Under the pieces are notes generated by a model. It worked only from the letters and a program-made list of their open reading frames with translations. It made no database searches and was not told where the DNA came from. From a virus, in UHGV virus genome UHGV-0113810: a DNA stretch of 15,277 nucleotides; one strand, given 5' to 3'. This document shows positions 1-8,338 of this stretch, in pieces. Made by a program: the position numbers and the translations under genes. Each line of letters begins with the position of its first letter. The first letter of the stretch is position 1.

Positions 1-1361
1 AACGGCAGATACAGGAAGCACAGGAGCGAATCAGCGCACTTCAGGAAGAAATGGCAGAAACGCTGGGTGAGCAATATGACCCGGTACTGCCATCCCCCCT
101 GCGCCAGTCTTCAGCCCGTAAACCGTTACCGGCTTCACTTCCCCGTGAAACCCGGGTCATCCGGCCGGAAGAGGAATGCTGTCCGGCCTGTGGTGGTGAA
201 CTCAGTCCACTGGGATGTGATGTGTCAGAGCAACTGGAGCTTATCAGCAGTGCCTTTAAGGTTATCGAAACACAACGTCCGAAACAGGCCTGTTGCCGGT
301 GCGACCATATCGTGCAGGCACCAGTACCTTCAAAACCCATTGCACGCAGTTATGCCGGAGCGGGGCTTCTGGCCCATGTTGTCACCGGGAAATATGCAGA
401 CCATCTGCCGTTATACCGCCAGTCAGAAATATACCGTCGTCAGGGAGTGGAGCTGAGCCGTGCCACACTGGGGCGCTGGACAGGTGCTGTTGCTGAACTG
501 CTGGAGCCGCTGTATGACGTCCTGCGCCAGTATGTGCTGATGCCCGGTAAAGTCCATGCCGATGATATCCCCGTCCCGGTCCAGGAGCCGGGCAGTGGTA
601 AAACAAGGACTGCCCGGCTGTGGGTCTACGTCCGTGATGACCGTAACGCCGGTTCACAGATGCCTCCGGCGGTCTGGTTCGCGTACAGCCCGGACCGGAA
701 AGGCGTCCATCCACAGAATCATCTGGCCGGTTACAGCGGTGTGCTTCAGGCCGATGCTTACGGTGGTTACCGGGTGTTATACGAATCCGGCAGAATAACG
801 GAAGCCGCGTGTATGGCTCATGCCCGGAGAAAAATCCACGATGTGCATGCAAGAGTGCCCACCGACATCACCACGGAAGCCCTGCAGCGTATCGGTGAAC
901 TGTATGCCATAGAGGCAGAAGTCCGGGGATGTACAGCAGAACAGCGTCTGGCGGCAAGAAAAGCCAGAGCTGCGCCACTGATGCAGTCACTGTATGACTG
1001 GATACAGACTCAGATGAAAACACTGTCGCGTCACTCGGATACGGCAAAAGCGTTCGCATACCTGCTGAAACAGTGGGATGGCCTGAACGTGTACTGCAGT
1101 AATGGCTGGGTGGAAATCGACAACAACATCGCAGAGAACGCCTTACGGGGAGTGGCCGTAGGCCGGAAAAACTGGATGTTCGCGGGTTCCGACAGCGGTG
1201 GTGAACATGCGGCGGTGTTGTACTCGCTGATCGGCACATGCCGTCTGAACAATGTGGAGCCAGAAAAGTGGCTGCGTTACGTCATTGAACATATCCAGGA
1301 CTGGCCGGCAAACCGGGTACGCGATCTGTTGCCCTGGAAAGTTGATCTGACCTCTCGGTAA
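1..1361 (+). CDS. IS66-family transposase (TnpC-type), 5'-partial; reading frame is open to the window start
   Basis: 436-aa ORF from ATG at 51, with the frame open upstream to position 3 ([16 protein letters not shown]..., coiled-coil-like). The Cys-rich CPACGG...CCRCD zinc-finger region and the overall layout are what I recognise as IS66 TnpC. Identity is from memory, not a search. Confidence 0.85.
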   Translation, partial: RQIQEAQERISALQEEMAETLGEQYDPVLPSPLRQSSARKPLPASLPRETRVIRPEEECCPACGGELSPLGCDVSEQLELISSAFKVIETQRPKQACCRCDHIVQAPVPSKPIARSYAGAGLLAHVVTGKYADHLPLYRQSEIYRRQGVELSRATLGRWTGAVAELLEPLYDVLRQYVLMPGKVHADDIPVPVQEPGSGKTRTARLWVYVRDDRNAGSQMPPAVWFAYSPDRKGVHPQNHLAGYSGVLQADAYGGYRVLYESGRITEAACMAHARRKIHDVHARVPTDITTEALQRIGELYAIEAEVRGCTAEQRLAARKARAAPLMQSLYDWIQTQMKTLSRHSDTAKAFAYLLKQWDGLNVYCSNGWVEIDNNIAENALRGVAVGRKNWMFAGSDSGGEHAAVLYSLIGTCRLNNVEPEKWLRYVIEHIQDWPANRVRDLLPWKVDLTSR

Positions 1362-1391
1362 ATATCAATACGGTTCTGGCGAGTCGCTTAC
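1..1391 (+). mobile_element. Right-hand portion of an IS66-family insertion sequence; right terminus at 1391
   Basis: The minus-strand reading across 1365-1391 is GTAAGCGACTCGCC..., matching the GTAAGCG-type terminus of IS66-family elements. The helicase reading frame changes to IS-derived sequence exactly at 1391/1392. The left end lies outside the window. Confidence 0.75.
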
Positions 1392-2030
1392 AAACAGAGA
1401 GCCTTTCACCAGACCTTTCGGTGACAGCATCCTGTCCAGCGATGGGATCCCTGTGCTCATTCCTCGTTGTTCGCCTGACGGGTCAAATCGCTTCTCAAGG
1501 TCGCTAACCCAGTCTTCCATGACCTCACCAAATGAGCGAAGGCCGCGACGCGATCCGGTTTTTGCATGGTCTGTCAGTTGCGTGAAAATAGCCTGAATAG
1601 CTTCGTACTTCTGCGTTGCAGTCATTCCGTTGCGGGAATAGAGCAATTCCGTCGCTTCAGTCATGCGGTTAATGGCGTAGCGTTCCATTGCGGTTTCACG
1701 AACCTGCATTGCATAGGCAACGATGTTTGCTGCGCTTGGCGTGTTCTTTGCGATCTCAGCGATATAAGCAAAACCGCCAACAGACGCCGTTAACGATTTA
1801 CGCTCCAGTTCATCGAAAAGCGTCAGGCCATCTACTGGCTTTTGCTCCCGGTGCATTCTGGTTATTTCTTCGAAAAGGATTTTGTGTGGTCGGCTGTAAA
1901 ATGAATCAGGCTTCAGCATCGCCAGAACTTTCTGGACGCGCTCACTGCTGTCATCATCCAGAAGCAATCCACCAATCACCGCCTGCTCTGCTTCGATGCT
2001 ATGGGGCGGCGCATAAAAATTATCGGTCAT
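1392..2030 (-). pseudogene. Phage DnaB-like replicative helicase, N-terminal fragment truncated by the IS66 insertion
   Basis: [25 protein letters not shown]...GGFAYIAEIAKNTPSAANIVAYA is a DnaB N-terminal domain. Phage-derived reading ends at ...GLVKGSLF, just before the expected Walker A, and continues into IS sequence (VSDSPEPY*). Start ATG at 2030 has a GAGGGTG RBS and overlaps the O-like stop. Confidence 0.75.
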
Positions 2031-2919
2031 CGTGTTCACCCTCACGAACTTTCAGGTAGGTATTATCGTTAAGCAGGTAATCAAATCCCTTTTTGTGCCA
2101 GACGGTTCCGCGCTGATGGTTTGGGCGCTCTTCGAACATCCATCGGCAATTTTCGCCAACGTAGCTCAAATAATTTCTCCAGTCCTGCATCGTGAACCCA
2201 TGCCCGTCAAGCTGGCGGGTTATCACTCCGGCTTTGCGCCAGAACGTTCGGATCTGGTTTTTACGCTTGTCATTCAGTGCGCGGATTCTTGGCGCTTCAG
2301 GAAGGATTTCGTGGTAAGCATCGACAACATCCTGACAGCTAACGGAAGGTTTTTTCTTGTCAGACTTTTTGTCTGCTGCGGTACTCTCTAATACGTCAGT
2401 ATTAGAGATAATATTATTATATTCTTTATCTGTGGTAATTTGCTGGTAATCTGCTGGTACAGTATTGCTTGCAGGCATTGGTATTGCTGGCTTTGAGGTG
2501 GTAATTTGCTGGTAATCTGCTGGTACAAAATTTGACTGATAATCGTCATATTTCTCTACCGAGAAAACTGAGAATTTACCGTGTGAAACCCAGTCAATCA
2601 TGCCGAGTTTTTTGAACTTTCTAAGCAGGTACTGAACGCGATCTGGTTTGAGTCCTGTTTCAAACGCCAGAGAGTTTCTACCGCCAAGTAGCTTCCCTCT
2701 GCCTACCAGAATTTCTCCTGCGTCAGTCATTACATACTCAGGCGTATGCTTTGCTTTGAGGATTAAGTGAACCCACAGATGCGCTGCTTCTGCGTCCTTG
2801 TAAAACGGCACATCCATAATTTTACGGTGCAGCAAGGCATACCCCTTACCGCTGCTTTGATGCGGTTGTTGTAGCCTTCTGGCCTCTCTGGCTTCGGCTA
2901 GATTAGATATGTTACTCAT
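2020..2919 (-). CDS. Phage replication initiation protein (O-like), carrying the origin repeats internally
   Basis: 299-aa ORF immediately downstream of cII and upstream of the helicase, which is the lambdoid O position. AGGAGAAAGG RBS before the ATG. Contains the in-frame repeat [10 protein letters not shown] encoded by the iteron DNA. Confidence 0.65.
   Translation of the reverse strand: MSNISNLAEAREARRLQQPHQSSGKGYALLHRKIMDVPFYKDAEAAHLWVHLILKAKHTPEYVMTDAGEILVGRGKLLGGRNSLAFETGLKPDRVQYLLRKFKKLGMIDWVSHGKFSVFSVEKYDDYQSNFVPADYQQITTSKPAIPMPASNTVPADYQQITTDKEYNNIISNTDVLESTAADKKSDKKKPSVSCQDVVDAYHEILPEAPRIRALNDKRKNQIRTFWRKAGVITRQLDGHGFTMQDWRNYLSYVGENCRWMFEERPNHQRGTVWHKKGFDYLLNDNTYLKVREGEHDDR
2401..2528. 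repeat. ori-like iteron array with adjacent AT-rich tract (candidate phage replication origin inside the O-like gene)
   Basis: Perfect 30-bp direct repeat GTGGTAATTTGCTGGTAATCTGCTGGTACA at 2432-2461 and 2498-2527, each built of TGCTGGTA sub-repeats, with degenerate copies between (tattgcttgc, tattgctggc). An AT-rich tract at 2401-2430 follows in the gene's reading direction, the same order as lambda ori. Confidence 0.6.
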
Positions 2920-3058
2920 GACCTTTCTCCTTCTGCATCAGCTTCACTTTTTCCAACTCAGCCCGGAATCGACCAGGCTGCTTGAAGCTGGACAGGAAGC
3001 GATCACGTAGTATGTGTTTGTGAATTTTGTCCTGGTAAGGACTGAGTTGTTTTGTCAT
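2912..3058 (-). CDS. Small hypothetical protein (48 aa) between cII and the O-like gene
   Basis: ATG at 3058 preceded by AGGAGTAATT; the stop TAA overlaps the O-like start (ATGAGTAA). Translation: [48 protein letters not shown]. Not in the supplied ORF track because it is short. Confidence 0.4.
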   Translation of the reverse strand: MTKQLSPYQDKIHKHILRDRFLSSFKQPGRFRAELEKVKLMQKEKGHE

Positions 3059-3068
3059 AATTACTCCT

Positions 3069-3147
3069 GTTGATAGATCCAGTAATGACCTCAGAATTCC
3101 ATCTGGATTTGTTCAGAACGCTCGGTCTTGCACACCGGGCGTTTTTT
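3069..3147 (+). ncRNA. oop: OOP-like antisense RNA overlapping the 3' end of cII
   Basis: gttgatagatccagtaatgacctcagaa...gttcagaacgctcgg closely matches my recollection of the lambda oop transcript. It ends in a stem (3118-3126 with 3134-3142) plus TTTTTT at 3142-3147. Antisense to the last ~19 codons of cII. Confidence 0.6.
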
Positions 3148-3390
3148 ATTGGTGAGTCCATCAAGCGCATACTTAAAAGCCCTGCTAATCGGACTGATGT
3201 CTGATGCCATTCCGAAAGCACACAAGACCGAAGCAATAAATCTCCAGTCCGTTCTGCTTATCTTCGATTCATGACAGCCAATCATCTTTGCCAGACCGCG
3301 CTGTGTAAGCGTTGACAGGTTGATGAGTAAATCTGTTTCTGCGCGATCAACGTCGCGCTGTGTTGGCTTGCTGTAACTTGCTTGTGTCAT
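3091..3390 (-). CDS. cII: Transcriptional activator CII (lambda-type C-terminus, divergent N-terminus)
   Basis: C-terminus [21 protein letters not shown] matches lambda CII (..[20 protein letters not shown]). Position between cro and O, TTGC-N6-TTGC site at its start, and oop antisense at its 3' end all fit. Confidence 0.85.
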   Translation of the reverse strand: MTQASYSKPTQRDVDRAETDLLINLSTLTQRGLAKMIGCHESKISRTDWRFIASVLCAFGMASDISPISRAFKYALDGLTNKKRPVCKTERSEQIQMEF

Positions 3391-3400
3391 TTCTTAATAT
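3368..3400 (+). promoter_or_regulatory. PRE-like promoter with CII-binding TTGC-N6-TTGC repeats
   Basis: TTGC at 3368-3371 and 3378-3381 with a 6-nt spacer, overlapping the cII start codon as in lambda. Candidate -10 TAATAT at 3395-3400. Oriented toward cI, antisense to cro. Confidence 0.55.
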
Positions 3401-3475
3401 TTCCAATAGTGAATAGTTAGTTGAAAGGTATGCGTGGAAACGCATATGGCCTTAGTTGGTCAGATATATTGGGAC

Positions 3476-3490
3476 TCGCTTTGTCAGCGA
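3476..3490 (-). promoter_or_regulatory. nutR boxB hairpin (GACAA pentaloop, P22-type)
   Basis: Minus-strand RNA would be UCGCU-GACAA-AGCGA (5-bp stem, GACAA loop), between cro and cII where nutR lies in lambdoid phages. Same loop as nutL at 6008-6022. Confidence 0.55.
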
Positions 3491-3528
3491 CGTAGGACGA
3501 ATGTCCATTGTGAAAATAGCGGTGTTAC

Positions 3529-3738
<210 letters not shown>

Positions 3739-3753
3739 TTAGTACATGCAACC

Positions 3754-3823
3754 ATTATCACCGCTAGAGGTAAAATAGTCAACACGCACGGTGTTAGATA
3801 TTTATCCCTTGCGGTGATAGATT
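3754..3823. promoter_or_regulatory. Right operator OR1-OR2-OR3 with divergent promoters PR (minus) and PRM (plus)
   Basis: OR1 3756-3772 TATCACCGCTAGAGGTA, OR2 3780-3796 CAACACGCACGGTGTTA, OR3 3803-3819 TATCCCTTGCGGTGATA, with 7- and 6-bp spacers as in lambda. PR -35 TTGACT (complement of 3777-3782) and -10 GATAAT (complement of 3754-3759). PRM -35 TAGATA at 3795-3800 and -10 TAGATT at 3818-3823. Confidence 0.9.
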
Positions 3824-3826
3824 TAA

Positions 3827-4543
<717 letters not shown>

Positions 4544-4615
4544 TTCCAATTGTGATTAATAAAAAACCGATAGTGCAACATGTTATTGTAAATTGTTGAT
4601 ATAGCAAGGTATCAC

Positions 4616-5518
4616 ATGAGCCAAAATCTTGATTCAACACTAGAAACATACATTTCTTGGCAGTTAGAGCAATTTAAAAATAACTTTTTCCCAAGCTGCG
4701 ACGTCATAGCGTACTACGGTGGTATCTTTCCATGGTCAAAAGAAGTTTACCAACCAAAACTTGAGGCTATTGGGGAGATGGCTAACAGTCGTACCAATAG
4801 ATTTCTAGTTATTATACTCAATACAAATGGTGGCTCTGTTGAGTCTGTGGAAAAAATGGTAGAAATTACAAGGCATTTCTATCAAGAGGTATATTTTATC
4901 ATTCCAGATATGGCCATGTCGGCAGGCACAATATGGTGTATGTCTGGAGATAAAATTTACATGAACTATGCTTCTTCATTAGGCCCCATTGACCCTCAAG
5001 TGCAATCCTCTGACGGTAAATGGGTTCCTGCTTTGGGATACCTTGATAAAGTTGAAGAAATGATTACTAAATCCAGAGAAGGAACCATTACCCAAGCTGA
5101 ACTAATGATGCTTAGTCAGTTAGATCTTGCGCACTTAAGGAGATACGAGCAAGCCAGAGAGCTATCAATAGACTTGCTTAAGAAGTGGCTTGTAGAGTAT
5201 AAATTCAGAGAGTGGACGGTTCATCAAGGTAACACAAAACGAGGAAAGCTAGTTTCCAAGAGGGAAAAAGAAGCAAGAGCTAAAATGATCGCTACCGCTC
5301 TTAGTGACAACGGAAAGTGGCATTCTCACGGAAGAACGATAGGAATAAATACTCTTATCAATGACTTAAGAATTAAAGTAGAAGACTTTACATACGACAA
5401 AGATTTTAGCATGGCGTTAAAAAATCTGCACAACGTCATTAATGAATACATGTATAAGACAAATCGACAGGTTCTTGTTCTGTCTTCATTCCCCTTCTCA
5501 GAACAAAGTGAGTCATAA
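4616..5518 (+). CDS. ClpP/crotonase-fold serine-protease-like protein (SDH / S49-like family), at the position occupied by rexA-rexB in lambda
   Basis: 300-aa ORF on the cI strand between cI and OL/PL. Motifs LVIILNTNGGSVESV and PDMAMSAGTIWCMSGDKIY resemble the oxyanion and nucleophile-serine segments of ClpP/SppA-fold proteases. The region is clearly AT-rich compared with cI. Family assignment is from motif recognition only. Confidence 0.6.
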   Translation: MSQNLDSTLETYISWQLEQFKNNFFPSCDVIAYYGGIFPWSKEVYQPKLEAIGEMANSRTNRFLVIILNTNGGSVESVEKMVEITRHFYQEVYFIIPDMAMSAGTIWCMSGDKIYMNYASSLGPIDPQVQSSDGKWVPALGYLDKVEEMITKSREGTITQAELMMLSQLDLAHLRRYEQARELSIDLLKKWLVEYKFREWTVHQGNTKRGKLVSKREKEARAKMIATALSDNGKWHSHGRTIGINTLINDLRIKVEDFTYDKDFSMALKNLHNVINEYMYKTNRQVLVLSSFPFSEQSES

Positions 5519-5689
5519 ATGAGCAAAGACAAATCACTGACACAGCAAGTGGCAGAAATACTTAGCAAGCAAAAAGTTAGCGAGCAAGGTAAAATGATTC
5601 AATCATTAAAGAACAAAGGATTGATCAACAAGCCTGTTTTTACTTTGGCTTATGGACCTGATACTACAGTCTGCCAAATGCACCAATAA
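5519..5689 (+). CDS. Small hypothetical protein (56 aa), translationally coupled to the protease-like gene
   Basis: ATG at 5519 immediately follows the upstream stop (TAAATG). Translation: MSKDKSLTQQVAEILSKQKVSEQGKMIQSLKNKGLINKPVFTLAYGPDTTVCQMHQ. Followed within 10 bp by an intrinsic terminator. Confidence 0.45.
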   Translation: MSKDKSLTQQVAEILSKQKVSEQGKMIQSLKNKGLINKPVFTLAYGPDTTVCQMHQ

Positions 5690-5698
5690 CAAAACCCC

Positions 5699-5725
5699 AC
5701 CCGGCCTCAGTGCCGGGTTTTCTTT
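5699..5725 (+). terminator. Rho-independent terminator closing the cI / protease-module transcription unit
   Basis: Stem CCCGGC (5700-5705) with GCCGGG (5712-5717), loop CTCAGT, followed by TTTTCTTT. Confidence 0.6.
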
Positions 5726-5876
5726 GCCTCACGTTCGCCCCAAAACACATAACCAATTGTATTTATTTGAAAATTAATAGATACAACTCACTAAACATCG
5801 CAATTCAGATCTCTCGATCACCTCCCAAGCCACACACCCCTGCAAAAAAATAAATCTATATAAAAAACATACAGAT

Positions 5877-5939
5877 AACCATCTGCGGTGATAAATTATC
5901 TCTGGCGGTGTTGACATAAATACCACTGGCGGTGATACT
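5877..5939 (+). promoter_or_regulatory. Left operator OL3-OL2-OL1 with promoter PL (directed rightward in this window)
   Basis: OL3 5877-5893 AACCATCTGCGGTGATA, OL2 5897-5913 TATCTCTGGCGGTGTTG, OL1 5921-5937 TACCACTGGCGGTGATA; -35 TTGACA at 5911-5916 and -10 GATACT at 5934-5939 with a 17-bp spacer. Matches lambda OL/PL. Confidence 0.9.
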
Positions 5940-6007
5940 AAACACATCAGCAGGACGCACTACTCACCAGGGCGGTGAATATACAACGATTCGAATATGA
6001 ATCTACG

Positions 6008-6022
6008 GCGCTGACAAAGCGC
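6008..6022 (+). promoter_or_regulatory. nutL boxB hairpin (GCGCU-GACAA-AGCGC, P22-type)
   Basis: Exact match to the P22 boxB RNA hairpin as I recall it, located in the PL leader upstream of the N-like gene. Confidence 0.6.
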
Positions 6023-6034
6023 AATAACCAAAGT

Positions 6035-6173
6035 GAACTTTGGGGTGTGGTGAAGGGTTCATGGACGGGAATATGTCGCACGTAAAGCGGCGAGGCCTGC
6101 GGGACTATTGCCGAATTGAAGTAGGCCGAAACAGGTCGAAATGGGTCTCCCACCTACCACACCACCAAAGTTC
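6035..6173 (+). promoter_or_regulatory. Long-range stem in the N leader (lambda-type RNase III processing-site architecture)
   Basis: gaactttggggtgtggtg (6035-6052) pairs with accacaccaccaaagttc (6156-6173), enclosing ~100 nt and ending just before the N RBS (caggaggtctatATG). The lambda N leader has the analogous TTTGGGGTGTGTG...CACACACCACCAAAG stem. Confidence 0.55.
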
Positions 6174-6187
6174 ATCAGGAGGTCTAT

Positions 6188-6571
6188 ATGACACGCAGAA
6201 CTCAGTTCAAAGGCAATTCACGTTCTCGTCGTCGTGAGCGTTTAAAGGCAAAGGCATTAGCTAACGGCGTACTGGCCCGCGAAGAAGCAATAAGTTCAGA
6301 AGTATTACACCGCCCTACTCTAAGCAGAGCGCAGATTCAGGCTAAAGGTACTCACGAAACGCCTGAGCGCATAGAAGACGCTAAGCCAATTAAGTTCATG
6401 GCACAGGACGTGATCTGGCAACAGAAAGAATACAGACGCAATCTGGAGCGAGCGGCCATTGTGTACGCGAATGAGTTTGGACATAAGCAACCAGAAACTG
6501 GTGTATGTCTTCCGAACGTAGCTCTTTACGCGGCAGGATACCGGAAATCCAAACAACTGACAGCAAGATGA
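6188..6571 (+). CDS. N: Antitermination protein N (P22 gp24-like)
   Basis: First gene of the PL operon; arginine-rich N-terminal motif GNSRSRRRERLKAKA; C-terminus VALYAAGYRKSKQLTAR resembles P22 N (..ALYAAGHRKSKQITAR). Strong RBS AGGAGG. Confidence 0.8.
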   Translation: MTRRTQFKGNSRSRRRERLKAKALANGVLAREEAISSEVLHRPTLSRAQIQAKGTHETPERIEDAKPIKFMAQDVIWQQKEYRRNLERAAIVYANEFGHKQPETGVCLPNVALYAAGYRKSKQLTAR

Positions 6572-6629
6572 CTTGTGTTGGTCGCCAGAAAACGAAGGGC
6601 AAATCCATCGCATTAATCTGAGGTGGCCC

Positions 6630-6794
6630 ATGAAGAACAGCATCAAGTGCCCGGTATGCGGTCGTGACTTCGATCCACGCACTCCGGTCTGCCACATCAG
6701 CAAGTATCACCAGTCAGAGAAGAACTGCGAGCTGGAGAAGATACGCGATGCCCGGCGGCAATATTTCAAAGTAACAGCGAGTGAGGTTCGGTGA
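6630..6794 (+). CDS. Small Cys-rich (zinc-ribbon-like) protein, 54 aa
   Basis: MKNSIKCPVCGRDFDPRTPVCHISKYH... contains CxxC...CH. GAGG RBS 8 nt upstream. Same strand as the PL operon. Confidence 0.45.
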   Translation: MKNSIKCPVCGRDFDPRTPVCHISKYHQSEKNCELEKIRDARRQYFKVTASEVR

Positions 6795-7132
6795 TGGAAA
6801 ATAAAACGGCTAACGGGATGTACGTACTGCGTGGTGAGCTGAAAAAGGGACTGATAGCGGAGCTGGTAAAGGCATACGACCAGCTGACTCAGGAGTCAGA
6901 AAAATTAAAGATCCTCGGACTCAGGTATAACACCCCTCGACGCATTGTTTATGGCTTTATGTATGAGGTTGCAGCATTAACCGTCAAGGAAATTATGTTT
7001 AAAACTGAGGGTGGCTTTTACATCCCACAGGATGACTTCGAATCGAGCGACGATATCGATTCATTAGCCAAAGAGATCATCGATGCAATTGACTGTAATG
7101 GCGCATTCCTTGAGCGCCTTCTTAAGGAGTAG
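6794..7132 (+). CDS. Hypothetical early-left protein, 112 aa
   Basis: ORF whose start overlaps the upstream stop (TGATG). No recognisable motif. Confidence 0.5.
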   Translation: MENKTANGMYVLRGELKKGLIAELVKAYDQLTQESEKLKILGLRYNTPRRIVYGFMYEVAALTVKEIMFKTEGGFYIPQDDFESSDDIDSLAKEIIDAIDCNGAFLERLLKE

Positions 7133-7134
7133 CC

Positions 7135-7332
7135 ATGAAAAAACTGTATGAAAAACTCCCGGTCGTAGTGCAGGGGGGTCATTTGGGGTCTGCTTATCAC
7201 TGCGGCCATTCTTCTGTCTACCCCGCCAGTCGTCATGTTTCTTCGTTGGTGGTTCAGAGTTTGGGGTGTCTGATCGGCGCAAGCATTACGCACAGAACGA
7301 ATCGAGCGGGTCGAGTGGCCTGCGGTGAATAA
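7135..7332 (+). CDS. Hypothetical small protein; frame uncertain because of a G6 homopolymer at 7173-7178
   Basis: Strong RBS (TAAGGAGTAGCC-ATG). The frame-0 product after the G-run is compositionally odd. The +1 frame after the G-run encodes GVIWGLLITAAILLSTPPVVMFLRWWFRVWGV* (TM-helix-like), ending at 7273. Confidence 0.3.
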   Translation: MKKLYEKLPVVVQGGHLGSAYHCGHSSVYPASRHVSSLVVQSLGCLIGASITHRTNRAGRVACGE

Positions 7333-7348
7333 ACAAAGGGGTGAGGGT

Positions 7349-7531
7349 ATGGAAAATTTGGAAAATGAACTGAAAAGAGTAGTTCAGGAACTGGCCAATG
7401 AAGAAGGCATCAGTTTTGCCGATGCCGTGGACGTTTCGATTAAGACGCTTCGTTACGAAATTCAGCACAGAAAGTCTTTTAATGGGTCGCCTGACCCCGA
7501 TAGAGGCGCATCAGGAGTAGAGGTACGCTGA
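7349..7531 (+). CDS. Hypothetical small acidic protein, 60 aa
   Basis: ATG at 7349 with a GGGGTGAGGG RBS. Translation begins MENLENELKRVVQELANEEG. Confidence 0.4.
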   Translation: MENLENELKRVVQELANEEGISFADAVDVSIKTLRYEIQHRKSFNGSPDPDRGASGVEVR

Positions 7532-7677
7532 CCAAATATCGAAGCGGCAAACAAAAATCGCTGGGGTTTGACGATTGGTGTAACTGGATAGATAGATACG
7601 GAACTTGGTGGGATAAATAACAGGTAACTTAAGCGTATTTACTTTCGCAGCAAACCACTTATTTGAGAGGAATTAAT

Positions 7678-8301
7678 ATGTCATCAATCCGCTTAACTAC
7701 GAGAATGAAAGAGAAAATCGCTCGTAACGCTTTAATTAAGTCTGGGGTTTTCACTGAACTTGAAGAAGTAACAAAGTTAAAGAACCAGCTTGCACTTGAC
7801 GCCAGAGTTATTGCGTTTGGCGGTAAAAAGAAAACTGAGGAAGTGGATCAGTTATCATCCAGGTTAGTAGCTATAAGTGAAGAACTTGAAAAGATGGGAT
7901 GTTCATTTTACTCATACGATGTTCGTTCTACTTCAATTTATCTGACTGTATCTGGCAGAAGGGTTGGATGGCATTCATATGGGAAAGACGGCAACGGCGA
8001 AGATATATTGCTCCCTACTCCAACCAAAGATAAATGCATGTTTGATGCAGAACACGAAATAACAAAAAGGTTTGATGAAATCTGCGCATTGCAACAAAAA
8101 CTTGAAGCCAAGAAAAAGGATATCGAATCAAATGTATGGGCTGCTTTGAACTCAGTCACAACAGTTAAGCGACTTATTGAAGTTTGGCCTGAAAGCAAAG
8201 AATTGCTACCAAAAGAAGCAGACAAAGCAAGTACAGCACTTCCTGCTTTACGGGTAGAAGATTTGAATAAGATGATTGGACTTCCTTCCGAGTCCGCATA
8301 G
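7678..8301 (+). CDS. Hypothetical protein, 207 aa (AT-rich accessory gene in the PL operon)
   Basis: ATG at 7678 with a GAGAGG RBS. Low GC relative to neighbours. No motif I can assign with confidence. Confidence 0.55.
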   Translation: MSSIRLTTRMKEKIARNALIKSGVFTELEEVTKLKNQLALDARVIAFGGKKKTEEVDQLSSRLVAISEELEKMGCSFYSYDVRSTSIYLTVSGRRVGWHSYGKDGNGEDILLPTPTKDKCMFDAEHEITKRFDEICALQQKLEAKKKDIESNVWAALNSVTTVKRLIEVWPESKELLPKEADKASTALPALRVEDLNKMIGLPSESA

Positions 8302-8338
8302 TCGGCCTTTATTTTTGGCACTAACAACAGAGGTGAAT

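Noticed and set aside
41-1252. Several ORFs in other frames or on the minus strand inside the IS66 transposase gene (41-340 -, 67-456 +, 293-496 +, 382-852 -, 556-798 +, 868-1239 -, 1031-1252 -)
   Set aside because: All are nested within the long, well-supported transposase ORF and have low-complexity Arg/Ser/Pro-rich translations typical of off-frame readings of GC-rich coding DNA.
1566-2391. Plus-strand ORFs antisense to the helicase and O-like genes (1566-1793, 1688-2059, 2032-2391)
   Set aside because: They overlap genes with clear homology-type signals on the other strand and have no RBS or recognisable motif.
3003-3236. 77-aa minus-strand ORF overlapping the cII 3' end and the oop region
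   Set aside because: Out of frame with cII over shared sequence; the region is better explained by cII plus the oop RNA and terminator.
3428-3445. Inverted repeat tatgcgtggaaacgcata between nutR and cII, considered as an intrinsic tR1 terminator
   Set aside because: On the transcribed (minus) strand it is not followed by a U-tract; lambda tR1 is Rho-dependent, so a hairpin alone is not evidence of a terminator.
5947-6237. ORFs in the N leader (5947-6153 -, 6040-6237 +)
   Set aside because: This interval is the nutL / long-stem leader of N; the ORFs are by-products of the structured RNA region.
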